From Gammaproteobacteria bacterium (GTDB taxonomy: Bacteria > Pseudomonadota > Gammaproteobacteria > JAGOUN01): 61,577 nt of DNA. The stretch covers positions 1 to 61,577 of the forward strand of contig JAGOUN010000003.1 in assembly GCA_018061255.1 (NCBI GenBank), in the 5' to 3' direction. Shown here one piece after another: positions 45,795 to 56,390 of the stretch. The stretch's first letter is position 1, and every line of letters begins with the position of its first letter. The translations under genes and the position numbers were made by a program. The notes beneath the pieces were generated by a model. The model did not search any database. It was not told the DNA's origin and saw nothing but the letters and a program-made list of their open reading frames with translations.

Positions 45795-46049
45795 ATGAAA
45801 AAAGATACTCATCCAGCGTACGAAGCGGTCAATGTACAATGTAGCTGTGGTAACAAGTTTAAAGTTCGCTCTACAGGTAAAGACATTCACTTAGATGTGT
45901 GTTCAGAATGCCATCCTTTCTATACTGGAAAACAAAAAGTAGTAGACACCGCAGGGCGAGTCGAAGGATTTAAGACAAAATATGCTTTCCTTAGCTCAAG
46001 CTTGGGTAAAGTTTCTGAAAAATCTCAAGAAGCAACAGATAAAAACTAA
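45795..46049 (+). CDS. rpmE: 50S ribosomal protein L31 (zinc-binding type A) with C-terminal tail
   Basis: [22 protein letters not shown]...[18 protein letters not shown] lies upstream of the ATG. Confidence 0.93.
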   Translation: MKKDTHPAYEAVNVQCSCGNKFKVRSTGKDIHLDVCSECHPFYTGKQKVVDTAGRVEGFKTKYAFLSSSLGKVSEKSQEATDKN

Positions 46050-46063
46050 TTTTCTATTAGCGA

Positions 46064-46083
46064 GGGCGACCAGCCGGTCGCCC
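46064..46083 (+). terminator. GC-rich hairpin after rpmE (no U-tract)
   Basis: GGGCGACC-AGCC-GGTCGCCC, 15 nt after the rpmE stop. Confidence 0.4.
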
Positions 46084-46124
46084 CTACAAAGATCGACCGC
46101 CCCTAAATTAAGGAGCATAACGCC

Positions 46125-47348
46125 ATGTCGACCCTGTCATTTTCTGAAGAAGCACTAAAATATCACCGAGAACCCACTCCAGGAAAGCTCGCCACTGCGA
46201 TTACAAAGCCCACTGAATCCCAATATGATTTATCTTTAGCCTATACTCCGGGCGTTGCACAGCCGGTTACCGCTATTGCACAGGATCCTGAAAAAGCTTA
46301 TGACTATACTGGAAAAGGAAATTTAGTCGCTGTTATTACCAATGGTACAGCGGTATTAGGTTTGGGTGATGTTGGAGCTTTAGCCAGCAAACCCGTCATG
46401 GAAGGCAAGGGTGTCTTATTTAAGCGTTTTGCAAATATTGATGTGTTTGACATCGAAATAGATTGTGCAGATCCTTACGATTTAGTGGAAACCATTGTTA
46501 GAATTTCTCCAACCTTTGGCGGTATTAATCTTGAAGACATTAAAGCACCCGAATGTTTTATTGTGGAATCTGAATTAAAAAAACGTCTCAATATTCCCGT
46601 ATTTCATGATGATCAGCATGGAACGGCGATTATTGTTGCTGCAGGTTTAATTAACGCACTTGTCTTACAACAGAAAAAACTTGCTGATGTAAAAATTGTT
46701 TGTTTAGGGGCCGGCGCTGCGGGTATCGCCTCGATGAATTTATTACTGCATCTCGGAGCGCAAGCCAATAATATTTATATGGTCGATAGAAATGGCATTA
46801 TCCATTCTGAACGCAATGATTTGAATGAATATAAACAACCATTTGCACTCAACACTGAGAAGCGAACATTAGCCGATGCGATGCAAGACGCCGATGTTTT
46901 TATTGGTGTTTCAGGTGCAAATCTTGTAACCGCAGAAATGATTGCCGCTATGGCTGAAAAGCCCATCATATTTGCACTCTCCAATCCTGATCCTGAAATT
47001 TCTCCTGAAGTTGCACACAGCGTACGCCAAGATCTCATCATGGCGACTGGACGCAGTGATTATCCTAATCAAGTCAATAATGTATTAGGATTTCCGTATA
47101 TTTTCCGCGGTGCGCTTGACGTCAGAGCACATACCATTAATATTGAGATGCAAATTGCTGCCGTACATGCGATCAGTGAGCTGGCGTATGAAGAGGTTCC
47201 TGCTGAAGTTTTAGCGGCCTACCCACAGCAAACTCATCTCGCGTTTGGACCTGATTATATTTTACCTAAACCTATGGACTCTCGTTTAAAAACCCGTGTC
47301 TCTGCCGCCGTAGCTAAAGCGGCAATAGAATCCGGTGTAACATCTTAA
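46125..47348 (+). CDS. maeB: NADP-dependent malic enzyme, short form (no phosphotransacetylase-like domain)
   Basis: ALKYHREPTPGKL, LSLAYTPGVA, NLVAVITNGTAVLGLGD, FHDDQHGTAI, GAGAAGIA. Confidence 0.88.
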   Translation: MSTLSFSEEALKYHREPTPGKLATAITKPTESQYDLSLAYTPGVAQPVTAIAQDPEKAYDYTGKGNLVAVITNGTAVLGLGDVGALASKPVMEGKGVLFKRFANIDVFDIEIDCADPYDLVETIVRISPTFGGINLEDIKAPECFIVESELKKRLNIPVFHDDQHGTAIIVAAGLINALVLQQKKLADVKIVCLGAGAAGIASMNLLLHLGAQANNIYMVDRNGIIHSERNDLNEYKQPFALNTEKRTLADAMQDADVFIGVSGANLVTAEMIAAMAEKPIIFALSNPDPEISPEVAHSVRQDLIMATGRSDYPNQVNNVLGFPYIFRGALDVRAHTINIEMQIAAVHAISELAYEEVPAEVLAAYPQQTHLAFGPDYILPKPMDSRLKTRVSAAVAKAAIESGVTS

Positions 47349-47358
47349 GGAAAAATTG

Positions 47359-48627
47359 ATGCGGCATAATACTCACACTTCTAGAGCCGCATGGCTTATC
47401 TGTACACTGGCGGCTATGTTTTATTGTTACGAATATTTATTGCGTATTTCTCCCAGCGTCATGTCGACAGAATTAATGCAGACGTATCATTTAACAGCAA
47501 GTCAATTTGGTAATTTAACCGCTTACTATTATTACATTTATACGCCTATGCAGATTGTGGTCGGCGTGTTGTTCGATCGATTTGGGACACGCGTCCTTCT
47601 CACCTTAGCCTGCTTAATTTGCGCGTTAGGCACCTATTTATTTGCGGGCGGCGATTCTGTCTCTGTTGCTGCTGTTGGCCGCCTGCTTGTAGGACTAGGC
47701 TCTTCGTTTGCATTCGTAGGTTCTTTGAAATTAATTACCATTTGGTTACCAGAAAGGCATTTTGCTTTAGGTGCTGGTATTATGACTGCACTAGGCTCAG
47801 TTGGCGCCATTACAGGCGATATCATTTTAACAGAGCTCGTACAACATACCGGTTGGCGTGAAGCAACGGTTTATGCAGCCATAGTTGGGGTTGTTTTAGC
47901 CATGGTTCTTGCTGTAGTTATTCGTGATACCCCAAAAACTGCGCAAGCTCACACTTATCGTGTTCCATTTCAAACAATCATGAGCGGCTTGTGGGAAGCT
48001 CTAAAATCTAAGCAGATCTGGCTAACCGGCGTTGTTGGATGCTTAATGTATTTGCCTATTTCAACGTTTGGAGAACTTTGGGCTATTCCCTATTTAGAAC
48101 AAGCACGAGGTTTTTCTCCACACGATGCGGCGGCTGCCGCATCAATGACTTTTTTTGGCTGGATGATCGGTTGCCCTCTTTCTGGATTTATCTCTGATCA
48201 TTTTAGAAATAGACTCATTCCTATGTTTGTTGGCGCAGTGGCGTGTTTACTATTTTTAGCGATATTCTTATACGCCCCTAACCTATCATTAAATACTTTA
48301 CGTGTATTATTTGTCTTATTAGGCATGAGTGGTAGTGTACAGGCACTTGTGTTTGCCATAGGGCGTGAATCAAGTCGACCAGTGATTGGAGCCACAGTTA
48401 TTGCTCTGATGAATATGTTAGTCATGATGGGCGGCGGCGTATTCCAACCTGTTGTTGGTATGCTGCTTGATCTCCACTGGGATGGCGGCATGTTAGAAAA
48501 TGGGACAAGAGCTTATACAGCTGATAGCTTTGTTTTTGCGCTCAGTGTGCTGCCTATTGGCGTCATTCTTTCATTGGTTACTCTATTTTTCATGAAAGAA
48601 ACACATGGAAAATTAAGAAGCCAATAG
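47359..48627 (+). CDS. MFS transporter
   Basis: 12 predicted hydrophobic segments and the loop motif DRFGTRVLL. ATG 47359 has AAGGA upstream. Confidence 0.8.
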   Translation: MRHNTHTSRAAWLICTLAAMFYCYEYLLRISPSVMSTELMQTYHLTASQFGNLTAYYYYIYTPMQIVVGVLFDRFGTRVLLTLACLICALGTYLFAGGDSVSVAAVGRLLVGLGSSFAFVGSLKLITIWLPERHFALGAGIMTALGSVGAITGDIILTELVQHTGWREATVYAAIVGVVLAMVLAVVIRDTPKTAQAHTYRVPFQTIMSGLWEALKSKQIWLTGVVGCLMYLPISTFGELWAIPYLEQARGFSPHDAAAAASMTFFGWMIGCPLSGFISDHFRNRLIPMFVGAVACLLFLAIFLYAPNLSLNTLRVLFVLLGMSGSVQALVFAIGRESSRPVIGATVIALMNMLVMMGGGVFQPVVGMLLDLHWDGGMLENGTRAYTADSFVFALSVLPIGVILSLVTLFFMKETHGKLRSQ

Positions 48628-49713
48628 ATTAATTAATGTTGTTAATTTTTCTAAACGTTGCTGATTAATATAGTGACCAACTGCTTTTCCGTCACTTTGT
48701 TTTAGAAAATCTTTAGGTAATTCAATTTTATTGGCGCAATAAAAAGCTGACAATACATGACTCGAATTACCTAAAATATCGGTAGTAATTTCACATAGTC
48801 GCAGCCATTGTTTAAAACGGCCTTCGCGCCGAAACGCGTCAAGAGAAGTGAATAAATCAAGCAGCTCACCAGGAGATAACTGCATTATATTTTTATAAAC
48901 TGGCTGATATTTTATGAGAAGAGTAACCATTTCAAAAATAGGCTTTGGCGCACGATAGCGTTTGCATAAATTTTCTATTTCTGTCATTAAGCGGGTAGAT
49001 TGCATCATCAAAACAATACGCTCAAAAACCTCATGCGCAATAGAACTAATTTTTTTCAAGCAAAAAATGATCTCGTTTTTTTTATTTTTAAACACAGGAA
49101 AAAGCATTTCTAAAGCACTGCAATCATCTAGAACCTCTATAAATCTCCAGGGGGCTATTTCAGACATTGCTTTTTCAAATTCTTTCCACACACGTTCCGC
49201 GACTAATGCATCAACCTCACCTTCTTGAACCATTCTCTTCATAAGCTCATTGGTTTCATGAGCAACAGAAAAGTCTGAAAAACGCGCAGCAAAGCGTGCG
49301 ACTCGTAAAATTCGCACGGGGTCTTCCGAAAACGCGGGAGAAACATGACGCAAGACCTTTTCTTGTAAATCTGAAATTCCATGATAGGGATCAATCAATA
49401 CGCCTAATTCATTTTTTGCAATCGAGTTAATGGTTAAATCGCGACGCATCAAATCTTCTTCCAAGGTCACCGAAATATCCGTATCAAAGACAAAACCATG
49501 ATAACCTTTAGCCGTTTTTCTTTCCGTGCGGGCTAAAGCATATTCTTCTTTAGTTTTAGGATGCAAAAAAACCGGAAAATCTTTACCAACTTGCTGATAA
49601 CCCTTCGCCAACATGGCTTCCTGAGTTCCACCGACAACTACCCAGTCCCGTTCTTGAATCGGCAATCCAAGCAACTCATCTCGTACTGCACCACCGACTA
49701 AATAAGTTTTCAT
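48613..49713 (-). CDS. cca: CCA-adding tRNA nucleotidyltransferase, short form without an HD phosphohydrolase motif
   Basis: MKTYLVGGAVRDELLG, DWVVVG, RRDLTINSIA, ILRVARFAARF. I see no HD/HDxGK motif in the C-terminal half. Confidence 0.88.
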   Translation of the reverse strand: MKTYLVGGAVRDELLGLPIQERDWVVVGGTQEAMLAKGYQQVGKDFPVFLHPKTKEEYALARTERKTAKGYHGFVFDTDISVTLEEDLMRRDLTINSIAKNELGVLIDPYHGISDLQEKVLRHVSPAFSEDPVRILRVARFAARFSDFSVAHETNELMKRMVQEGEVDALVAERVWKEFEKAMSEIAPWRFIEVLDDCSALEMLFPVFKNKKNEIIFCLKKISSIAHEVFERIVLMMQSTRLMTEIENLCKRYRAPKPIFEMVTLLIKYQPVYKNIMQLSPGELLDLFTSLDAFRREGRFKQWLRLCEITTDILGNSSHVLSAFYCANKIELPKDFLKQSDGKAVGHYINQQRLEKLTTLINLLAS

Positions 49714-49735
49714 AGCTTCCTTTTTTTACATAAAA

Positions 49736-50149
49736 TTAAAGAGCTTCAGAACAAAAATAAGCCGCAGTTACGATACGTGTACGCTTGAGATGTTTTTTCT
49801 CTAGCAAGCCCGAGCGCCTATCTCCGGTAATCAGATAATCTGCTTCGCTGGTAAGCGCTATTGCTAACAAAAATTTATCATTAGGATCATTTATCTCTAT
49901 ATTAATATCTTTTAAGTCTTTTAAAATAATGGCATTTTGTAAATTATTTAACATTGTGCCAATTTTGGCGGGTTGTAAAATAGCTTTAAATTTTGGATAA
50001 CGACTAGCGCGCCGAATTTCATCTAATTGAGTTTGGGCGGTGACTAGCTGGAATCTACCTTCACGCCACGCTTCGAATACACAGGCTGGAGCACCAACTG
50101 GAGAAAGTAGTGCGCTCAAAAAAATATTGGTATCTAAAATAACTTTCAT
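49736..50149 (-). CDS. PIN-domain toxin (PIN_3-like)
   Basis: MKVILDTNIFLSALLSP...DPNDKFLLAIAL...YLITGD. The ATG lies 2 nt after the upstream gene's stop. Confidence 0.8.
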   Translation of the reverse strand: MKVILDTNIFLSALLSPVGAPACVFEAWREGRFQLVTAQTQLDEIRRASRYPKFKAILQPAKIGTMLNNLQNAIILKDLKDINIEINDPNDKFLLAIALTSEADYLITGDRRSGLLEKKHLKRTRIVTAAYFCSEAL

Positions 50150-50151
50150 TA

Positions 50152-50388
50152 TTAACTGCGCGCCCAAGAAATCGCTTCGTCAACTATTGCTTGCAAGTCT
50201 GTTTCTGTAATTTCTGTATTATTTGCCTTAGCTTGCTGGGCAGTTAAATAAAAAATGCGCGATCGCACCGCTTCTTCAACAAATTTCGATAAATCTCCTT
50301 TTTTACCACTGTTATTACTCGCTAGAAACATTCTTAGCGTCCTGTCCGTATCAAGAGAAACGGCAAGGTTCCATCGTGCTGATTGCAT
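50152..50388 (-). CDS. Putative RHH-type antitoxin partner of the PIN toxin
   Basis: 78 aa. WNLAVSLDTDRTLRMFLA followed by helices. ATG 50388 is preceded by AAAGGTGG. Confidence 0.62.
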   Translation of the reverse strand: MQSARWNLAVSLDTDRTLRMFLASNNSGKKGDLSKFVEEAVRSRIFYLTAQQAKANNTEITETDLQAIVDEAISWARS

Positions 50389-50465
50389 AATACCACCTTT
50401 AATGTATAAACACACATGCGTATATGTGTTGATTATCGTCTTGGTAAGCAAAAAAATCAAGCGGC

Positions 50466-51131
50466 TTAACCTACAGATTCAGATAATTTTCGTTGAGCCA
50501 TTAACATCGGCGGGTTCACAATAAGCGCATCGCCTGTAATCTCAACAATTGCACCTTGGCCACCTATCAGTCGATTGGATACGCTAAAACTTGATGACGA
50601 TAAAACATAGGGCTCTTTTCCGCCATATTCCAATCCAGCATTTTTAACTAACATTACCGCCTCTGGCATGCCAAACAATCCACAATAGTCATGATGTTTC
50701 CCTGCTATTAAAATAGTTTGATTAGAAGCAAACGTCATCGTCTGGCATTCGTTATGCAGATAAATCGGGCAATGAATAAAGTATTCGCTCTGCAAGCTCC
50801 TAATACTGGCTTGTTCATGGTCCATTCGACCACCCGTAGCGCAAACAATATGAATTTCTGAAGCATATTGCTTGGCAAATCTCAATCCCTTTTGTAAGTC
50901 AGTCAAGTTTTGATCGGGCATAATTAGCCTTTTCACATCACTAAAAAAATTTACTTCTTCTTGAAAAGAATCAAAATCACCCAAAATAATATTGGGTTTT
51001 ATGCCTAGTTTACATAGTTTATTTGCAGCTCCATCTAAAGCGACTATAAAAGCATTTTCAGCTGCTTCAAGAATAATAGATTTAGACAGAAAAGGGCCAT
51101 TGGCTACGATAAGATATTTTGAAAATTCCAT
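50466..51131 (-). CDS. thiN: Thiamine pyrophosphokinase
   Basis: VALDGAAN...ILGDFDS...TDLQK...GGRMDH. Confidence 0.8.
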   Translation of the reverse strand: MEFSKYLIVANGPFLSKSIILEAAENAFIVALDGAANKLCKLGIKPNIILGDFDSFQEEVNFFSDVKRLIMPDQNLTDLQKGLRFAKQYASEIHIVCATGGRMDHEQASIRSLQSEYFIHCPIYLHNECQTMTFASNQTILIAGKHHDYCGLFGMPEAVMLVKNAGLEYGGKEPYVLSSSSFSVSNRLIGGQGAIVEITGDALIVNPPMLMAQRKLSESVG

Positions 51132-51138
51132 TAAGTGT

Positions 51139-52098
51139 TCAATCCATTAATAAATTAACAATAAGCCGAATCAACAAATTCTTGTGCGAAGGGTGACTTT
51201 CAGCTACTAATAAAGCAAGCGCCACAAGTCCATTGCTGTTTATTTTAATTATTATATTTTGAAGTTTTAAATACAATAAAAAAAGAAAACAGCCAATACG
51301 TTTATTACCATCACTAAACGGATGATCTTTGATAACAAAATAAATTAAATGTGCTGCTTTTTCTTCGGTAGTTTTATATAAATCTTCACCACCAAATGTC
51401 TGCTCAATGCTGCCTAGAATGCCTTTTAAGCTATTATCTTTCTGATTTCCAAATAATAACGTTGCTTCACCTCGACCTACAAGATCCGTTTTTAGGGCTT
51501 GAATCGCTTGCATAGCCATTTCATAACTAAGCTCAGTAAAAAATGGTTTTCCATGTTCAGGCAAAACCAAAGAATCTTCATCATAAGCAAGTAATAAGTG
51601 CCATGTTTTTGCATAATTGATAATTAACTGAAGGGTTTCTACGCCTATATCATTCACCAACTCATTGCTAATTAATGTTCTTTGAAGTAGTTCTATAGAC
51701 TCCTGCAATTCTTGAATACCATGCTCAGAAAGGTGTTTTTTATGCAGGGTATAGCCCTGCATTAGATGCTCTTTTAAAACACGTGTCGCCCATATTCTGA
51801 ACTGGGTTGCTTGTGTAGAGTTGACCCGGTAACCAACGGAGAGAACTGCATCAAGATTATAATAACTTACCTGATAAACTTTTCCATCTTGAGCAGTTGT
51901 TGCAAAATCTGCAACAACTGTGCTTTTATCTAACTCATTGTTTTTAAAGATGTTGGCCAAGTGACGAGAAATAACCGACTTATCTCTGCCAAACAACTGC
52001 GTTATTTGTGTTAACGATAGCCACATCGTTTCTTCTGTTAAACTAATGTCAAGCTCAACCTGACCATTTTTTGCTTTATAAATAATAATCTCTGACAT
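51139..52098 (-). CDS. RhuM-family N-terminal domain fused to a Fic/Doc-family domain
   Basis: The N-terminus has YYNLDAVLSVGYRVNSTQATQFRIWATRVLKE (RhuM-like). The C-terminus has HPFSDGNKRIG (Fic/Doc core HxFx[DE]GN[GK]R). Confidence 0.8.
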   Translation of the reverse strand: MSEIIIYKAKNGQVELDISLTEETMWLSLTQITQLFGRDKSVISRHLANIFKNNELDKSTVVADFATTAQDGKVYQVSYYNLDAVLSVGYRVNSTQATQFRIWATRVLKEHLMQGYTLHKKHLSEHGIQELQESIELLQRTLISNELVNDIGVETLQLIINYAKTWHLLLAYDEDSLVLPEHGKPFFTELSYEMAMQAIQALKTDLVGRGEATLLFGNQKDNSLKGILGSIEQTFGGEDLYKTTEEKAAHLIYFVIKDHPFSDGNKRIGCFLFLLYLKLQNIIIKINSNGLVALALLVAESHPSHKNLLIRLIVNLLMD

Positions 52099-52199
52099 AA
52101 TACAAAACCCTTCTGAGCACTAGAATCACGTTGAATATAATATGATAACAACTCGTACGCCGTGACGAGAAAAAAAGGGCAGGAAGGAAAGCTAGCGCA

Positions 52200-53201
52200 T
52201 TATTGTAGCAAAAGAACACCGCGAGAAACAAGTTCTTGAATGTATTGAGCACGCGTCATCATTCCTTCAGACTTTCCTGTTTGGATAACAGAATAAATTT
52301 GATGAATTTTATTTTCTCGAATCAAGTTTCTTATCGCTGAATTTGCTAACATAATTTCATAGGCGGCAACTCGACCACCGTCTTTCTTTTTAATCAAAGC
52401 CTGAGAAACTACCGCTTGCAAAGACAGTGATAACATACTACGAATAAAATTTTGTTCACCAGCAGGAAATACATTGACCATTCTATCAATCGTTTCTTGC
52501 GTTGAATTAGTATGTAAGGTTGATATCACTAAATGACCTGTTTCAGCGGCAGTAACCGCTAAACGAATAGATTCAATATCTCGCATTTCTCCAACCAAAA
52601 TAATATCGGGATCTTCACGTAGCGCTGAACGCAACGCCTGGTGAAAGTCACGCGTATGCGCTCCTATTTCGCGTTGATTAATGATACATTGATCGCTTTT
52701 ATGAACAGCTTCTATGGGGTCTTCAATAGTAATAATATGTTTTTTAAAGTGCGTATTAATGTAACTTATCATTGCAGACATGGTTGTGCTTTTGCCTGAG
52801 CCAGTTGGCCCAGCAATCAACACTAATCCATGGGTTAATTCACAAATTTTTTTAAAAATATCAGGGGAATCAAGATCTTCAAAGGATAAAATTTTATCGG
52901 GAATAATACGAATAACAGCACTTAATCCATTATACTGATGAAAACAATTTACTCTTATTCGCGCAACATCATTAATAGATAGCGCAAAATCACACTCAAA
53001 ATCTTCAGTAAATCGTTGATATTTTTCAAAACCCATTAAGAGCTTTAATTCTTCATGTAAAAATTCTTTTTCTATAATATCTTCTGCAATTGGTAGCAAA
53101 TCCCCATCAACACGGATTATAGGAACAAGTCCGGAAGAAAGATGTAAATCAGATGCTTTTTTTTCTATTGCTATTTTTAGCCATTTTTGAATACTCGTCA
53201 T
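52200..53201 (-). CDS. pilT: Type IV pilus retraction ATPase PilT
   Basis: ASDLHL, Walker A GPTGSGKSTT, ILVGEMRD, SAIRNLIRENK signature. Confidence 0.88.
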   Translation of the reverse strand: MTSIQKWLKIAIEKKASDLHLSSGLVPIIRVDGDLLPIAEDIIEKEFLHEELKLLMGFEKYQRFTEDFECDFALSINDVARIRVNCFHQYNGLSAVIRIIPDKILSFEDLDSPDIFKKICELTHGLVLIAGPTGSGKSTTMSAMISYINTHFKKHIITIEDPIEAVHKSDQCIINQREIGAHTRDFHQALRSALREDPDIILVGEMRDIESIRLAVTAAETGHLVISTLHTNSTQETIDRMVNVFPAGEQNFIRSMLSLSLQAVVSQALIKKKDGGRVAAYEIMLANSAIRNLIRENKIHQIYSVIQTGKSEGMMTRAQYIQELVSRGVLLLQ

Positions 53202-55027
53202 TACTCTACCGTTACTGACTTTGCAAGATTTCGCGGCTGATCAACATCAGTGCCTTTTATAATAGCCACATGATAAGCCAACAGTTGCAATGGAATTGCA
53301 TAAAGAATAGGGGAAATAACACTTTCTATTTCTGGCATTTGAAATACAGTAACGCCAGCTTCAGAGTGAATTCCAGAAGATTTGTCAGTAAATACAATAA
53401 CTTCACCGCCACGACTACGGACTTCTTCTAAATTTGATTTTAATTTTTCTACCCAACGATCACTGGGTGCAATCACAATAACTGGCATCTCTTTATCCAC
53501 AAGCGCTAAAGGACCATGCTTTAATTCACCCGCGGCATAACCTTCCGCGTGAATATATGAAATTTCTTTTAATTTCAATGCTCCTTCCAAAGCAACTGGG
53601 TAATTCAAGCCTCTTCCAATAAATAGGGCGTGATTTTTCTCAGAGAAAAATTGAGAAAAATTTTCTAGCTTTTCATTAAGCGCCAAAGCTAATTTAATTT
53701 TAGCAGGTAATGCTTCTAATTCAGTGACCAAAGCATGTTCAGCCATTGGATGTAGCTCATGTTCTTTCGCCAATGCAATGGTAAAAAGCAATAAAGCAAC
53801 TAATTGCGTGGTAAATGCTTTAGTGGAGGCAACACTCATCTCTATTCCTGCACGCGTCATAAAGGCAATATCTGCTTCGCGCACGAGTGAACTTTCTGGA
53901 ACATTGCAAATAACTAATGATGCAAGATAACCCATTTTTTTAGACTGTCGTAAAGCCGCTAATGTATCCGCGGTTTCACCTGATTGAGAAATGCAAAGTA
54001 ATAGCGAATTTTGAGGCACCACACATTTTCGGTATCGGAATTCGCTGGCAACTTCAATACTACAAGAGACATGGGCAATTTCTTCCAGCCAATATCGAGC
54101 GGTCAATCCCGCATGATAACTTGTACCGCATGCTACAATTTGCACATGTTGAACTTTAGAAAATAACAATTTGGCATTTTCGCCAAAAATTCCATCTAAT
54201 AATCGACTATGTACAATACGCCCTTCTAAAGTCGCATTAATCACTTCAATTTGCTCAAAAATTTCTTTGAGCATGTAATGCTGATATTCACCTTTATCTG
54301 CAACGCCTGAGGAAGCATCAATAACTTTACTTTCTCGAATAACATGACATCCTTCAGAGTCATAAATCTCTACATGATCACGAGTCACGTCGGCAATGTC
54401 ACCTTCTTCTAGATAAATATAATTTTTTGTCACTGGTAATAAAGCCAGAGAATCTGAAGCAATAAAATTTTCATTGATGCCTAAACCAATCACTAGTGGA
54501 CAACCACTTTTCACAGCAATCAATCTTTCAGGGAAATTTTTATTGATAATTGCAAGACTATAAGCCCCCTCTAAGCGTGACACTGCTTTTTGAATAGCGG
54601 CTAAAAAATCTGTCGTTTCTTGTGAATAGAGATGCACAAGATGTGCGATGACTTCGGTATCGGTTTGAGAGGTAAATTGATATCCCGCTTGTTTAAGTTC
54701 ATCTCTTAGTGGAGCATGATTTTCAATAATTCCATTATGAACTAAGGCAATATCATGCGAAATGTGTGGGTGAGCGTTTTGTTCACTAGGAACACCATGT
54801 GTGGCCCAACGAGTATGTGCAATGCCTAAATGTCCATTTAATGGCGTTTGTTTTAAAGCATCCACCAAAGCTTGCACTTTTCCCATGACGCGGCAACGCT
54901 CTAAACCTTGATCCGCAACAATGGCAATACCCGCGGAATCGTATCCACGATATTCTAATCGCCGTAAACCTTCCACCAAAATTGAGATCACATTGCGTCT
55001 TGATGTTGCGCCGACTATTCCACACAT
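53201..55027 (-). CDS. glmS: Glutamine--fructose-6-phosphate aminotransferase
   Basis: MCGIVGA, two SIS domains, C-terminal NLAKSVTVE. Confidence 0.97.
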   Translation of the reverse strand: MCGIVGATSRRNVISILVEGLRRLEYRGYDSAGIAIVADQGLERCRVMGKVQALVDALKQTPLNGHLGIAHTRWATHGVPSEQNAHPHISHDIALVHNGIIENHAPLRDELKQAGYQFTSQTDTEVIAHLVHLYSQETTDFLAAIQKAVSRLEGAYSLAIINKNFPERLIAVKSGCPLVIGLGINENFIASDSLALLPVTKNYIYLEEGDIADVTRDHVEIYDSEGCHVIRESKVIDASSGVADKGEYQHYMLKEIFEQIEVINATLEGRIVHSRLLDGIFGENAKLLFSKVQHVQIVACGTSYHAGLTARYWLEEIAHVSCSIEVASEFRYRKCVVPQNSLLLCISQSGETADTLAALRQSKKMGYLASLVICNVPESSLVREADIAFMTRAGIEMSVASTKAFTTQLVALLLFTIALAKEHELHPMAEHALVTELEALPAKIKLALALNEKLENFSQFFSEKNHALFIGRGLNYPVALEGALKLKEISYIHAEGYAAGELKHGPLALVDKEMPVIVIAPSDRWVEKLKSNLEEVRSRGGEVIVFTDKSSGIHSEAGVTVFQMPEIESVISPILYAIPLQLLAYHVAIIKGTDVDQPRNLAKSVTVE

Positions 55028-55028
55028 T

Positions 55029-56390
55029 TTATTCTTCCTTGTTTGATTTCCATTCTTTTATCGTTTGTTGCCGTGCTCTTGCCATGGTTAATTGCCCATC
55101 AGGTGCATTCATTGTAATCGTAGATCCTGCACCAATAAAAGCATTTTTTCCTACTTCTACTGGGGCAACAAGTTGTGTGCCAGACCCAATAAATGCACCG
55201 TCTCCAATTATCGTTTGGTGCTTATTGATTCCATCATAATTACAAGTAATGGTACCTGCGCCCACATTAACTCTTTCTCCCATAACTGTGTCACCGATAT
55301 AGGAAAGGTGATTGACTTTGGACCCAGCGCCAATCTCGCTCTTCTTTATTTCCACAAAATTGCCAATACGAGATTTTGTTTTTAATTCACTACCTGGCCG
55401 TAAACGCGCGAAAGGACCAATGTGACACTGCGATTCGACCCGAGAATCTTCAACAATAGAATTGGCTTCAATAATGACGTCATCACCAAGCCATGAATTT
55501 TTTATGATGCAATTTGGCCCAATATGGCAACCACGACCAAGAGTGACATGCCCTTCAAAAATAACATTGATATCGACGGTTACATCTTGTTGTGTTAGCA
55601 CATCACCACGAATATCTACTCGTGTCGGATCTAACAGTGTCATTCCTTGACGCATTAAGTTGTCTGTGTGCATTTTTTGATAATATCGCTCAAGCGTGGC
55701 TAGCTGTAGCCTATCGTTCACGCCCATGACTTCACTATCATCATTGGGGTATACAGTCGCAACAGCAACACCTTCTTTTACTGCCATCGATAAAACATCC
55801 GTTAAGTAATATTCTTTTTGTGCATTTTCTACAGAAATCTTCGGCAGCCATGATCTAAGATGATGTGCTGGAAAACTATAAATACCACTATTAATTTCAT
55901 GAATATCTCGTTGCTCTTCTGTAGCATCTTTATATTCAACAATTTTCATGAAATTTCCACTTTGATCGCGCACAATACGGCCTAATTCTGCAGGATCCTC
56001 AAGATCAGCGGTAATCATACCAATGCTTTTTTCAGAGGCTTTCATGAGTAATTTTTCTAACGTGGCTTGAGAAATCAATGGCACATCGCCATACAACACC
56101 AACACACGATGATCATCTGGAATATTCGGCGCTGCTTGCATTACCGCATGCCCCGTACCTAGCTGTTCTTTTTGCTCAACCCAAGTCACCTTAAGATGTG
56201 GCAAGCTAGCGCGTAATAAATCACCTTGATAACCATAAACCACAAAGATTTCTTGCGGAGAAAGCTGTTGAGCAGTATTGACAACGCGCTCTAACATGCT
56301 TTTTCCAGCAATGGCATGTAAAACTTTTGGCTGTTGCGACCGCATTCTCGTGCCGCGACCTGCAGCTAAGATTATGACACTTAATTTCAT
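55029..56390 (-). CDS. glmU: Bifunctional UDP-N-acetylglucosamine pyrophosphorylase / GlcN-1-P acetyltransferase
   Basis: [21 protein letters not shown]-terminal hexapeptide repeats. Confidence 0.96.
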   Translation of the reverse strand: MKLSVIILAAGRGTRMRSQQPKVLHAIAGKSMLERVVNTAQQLSPQEIFVVYGYQGDLLRASLPHLKVTWVEQKEQLGTGHAVMQAAPNIPDDHRVLVLYGDVPLISQATLEKLLMKASEKSIGMITADLEDPAELGRIVRDQSGNFMKIVEYKDATEEQRDIHEINSGIYSFPAHHLRSWLPKISVENAQKEYYLTDVLSMAVKEGVAVATVYPNDDSEVMGVNDRLQLATLERYYQKMHTDNLMRQGMTLLDPTRVDIRGDVLTQQDVTVDINVIFEGHVTLGRGCHIGPNCIIKNSWLGDDVIIEANSIVEDSRVESQCHIGPFARLRPGSELKTKSRIGNFVEIKKSEIGAGSKVNHLSYIGDTVMGERVNVGAGTITCNYDGINKHQTIIGDGAFIGSGTQLVAPVEVGKNAFIGAGSTITMNAPDGQLTMARARQQTIKEWKSNKEE

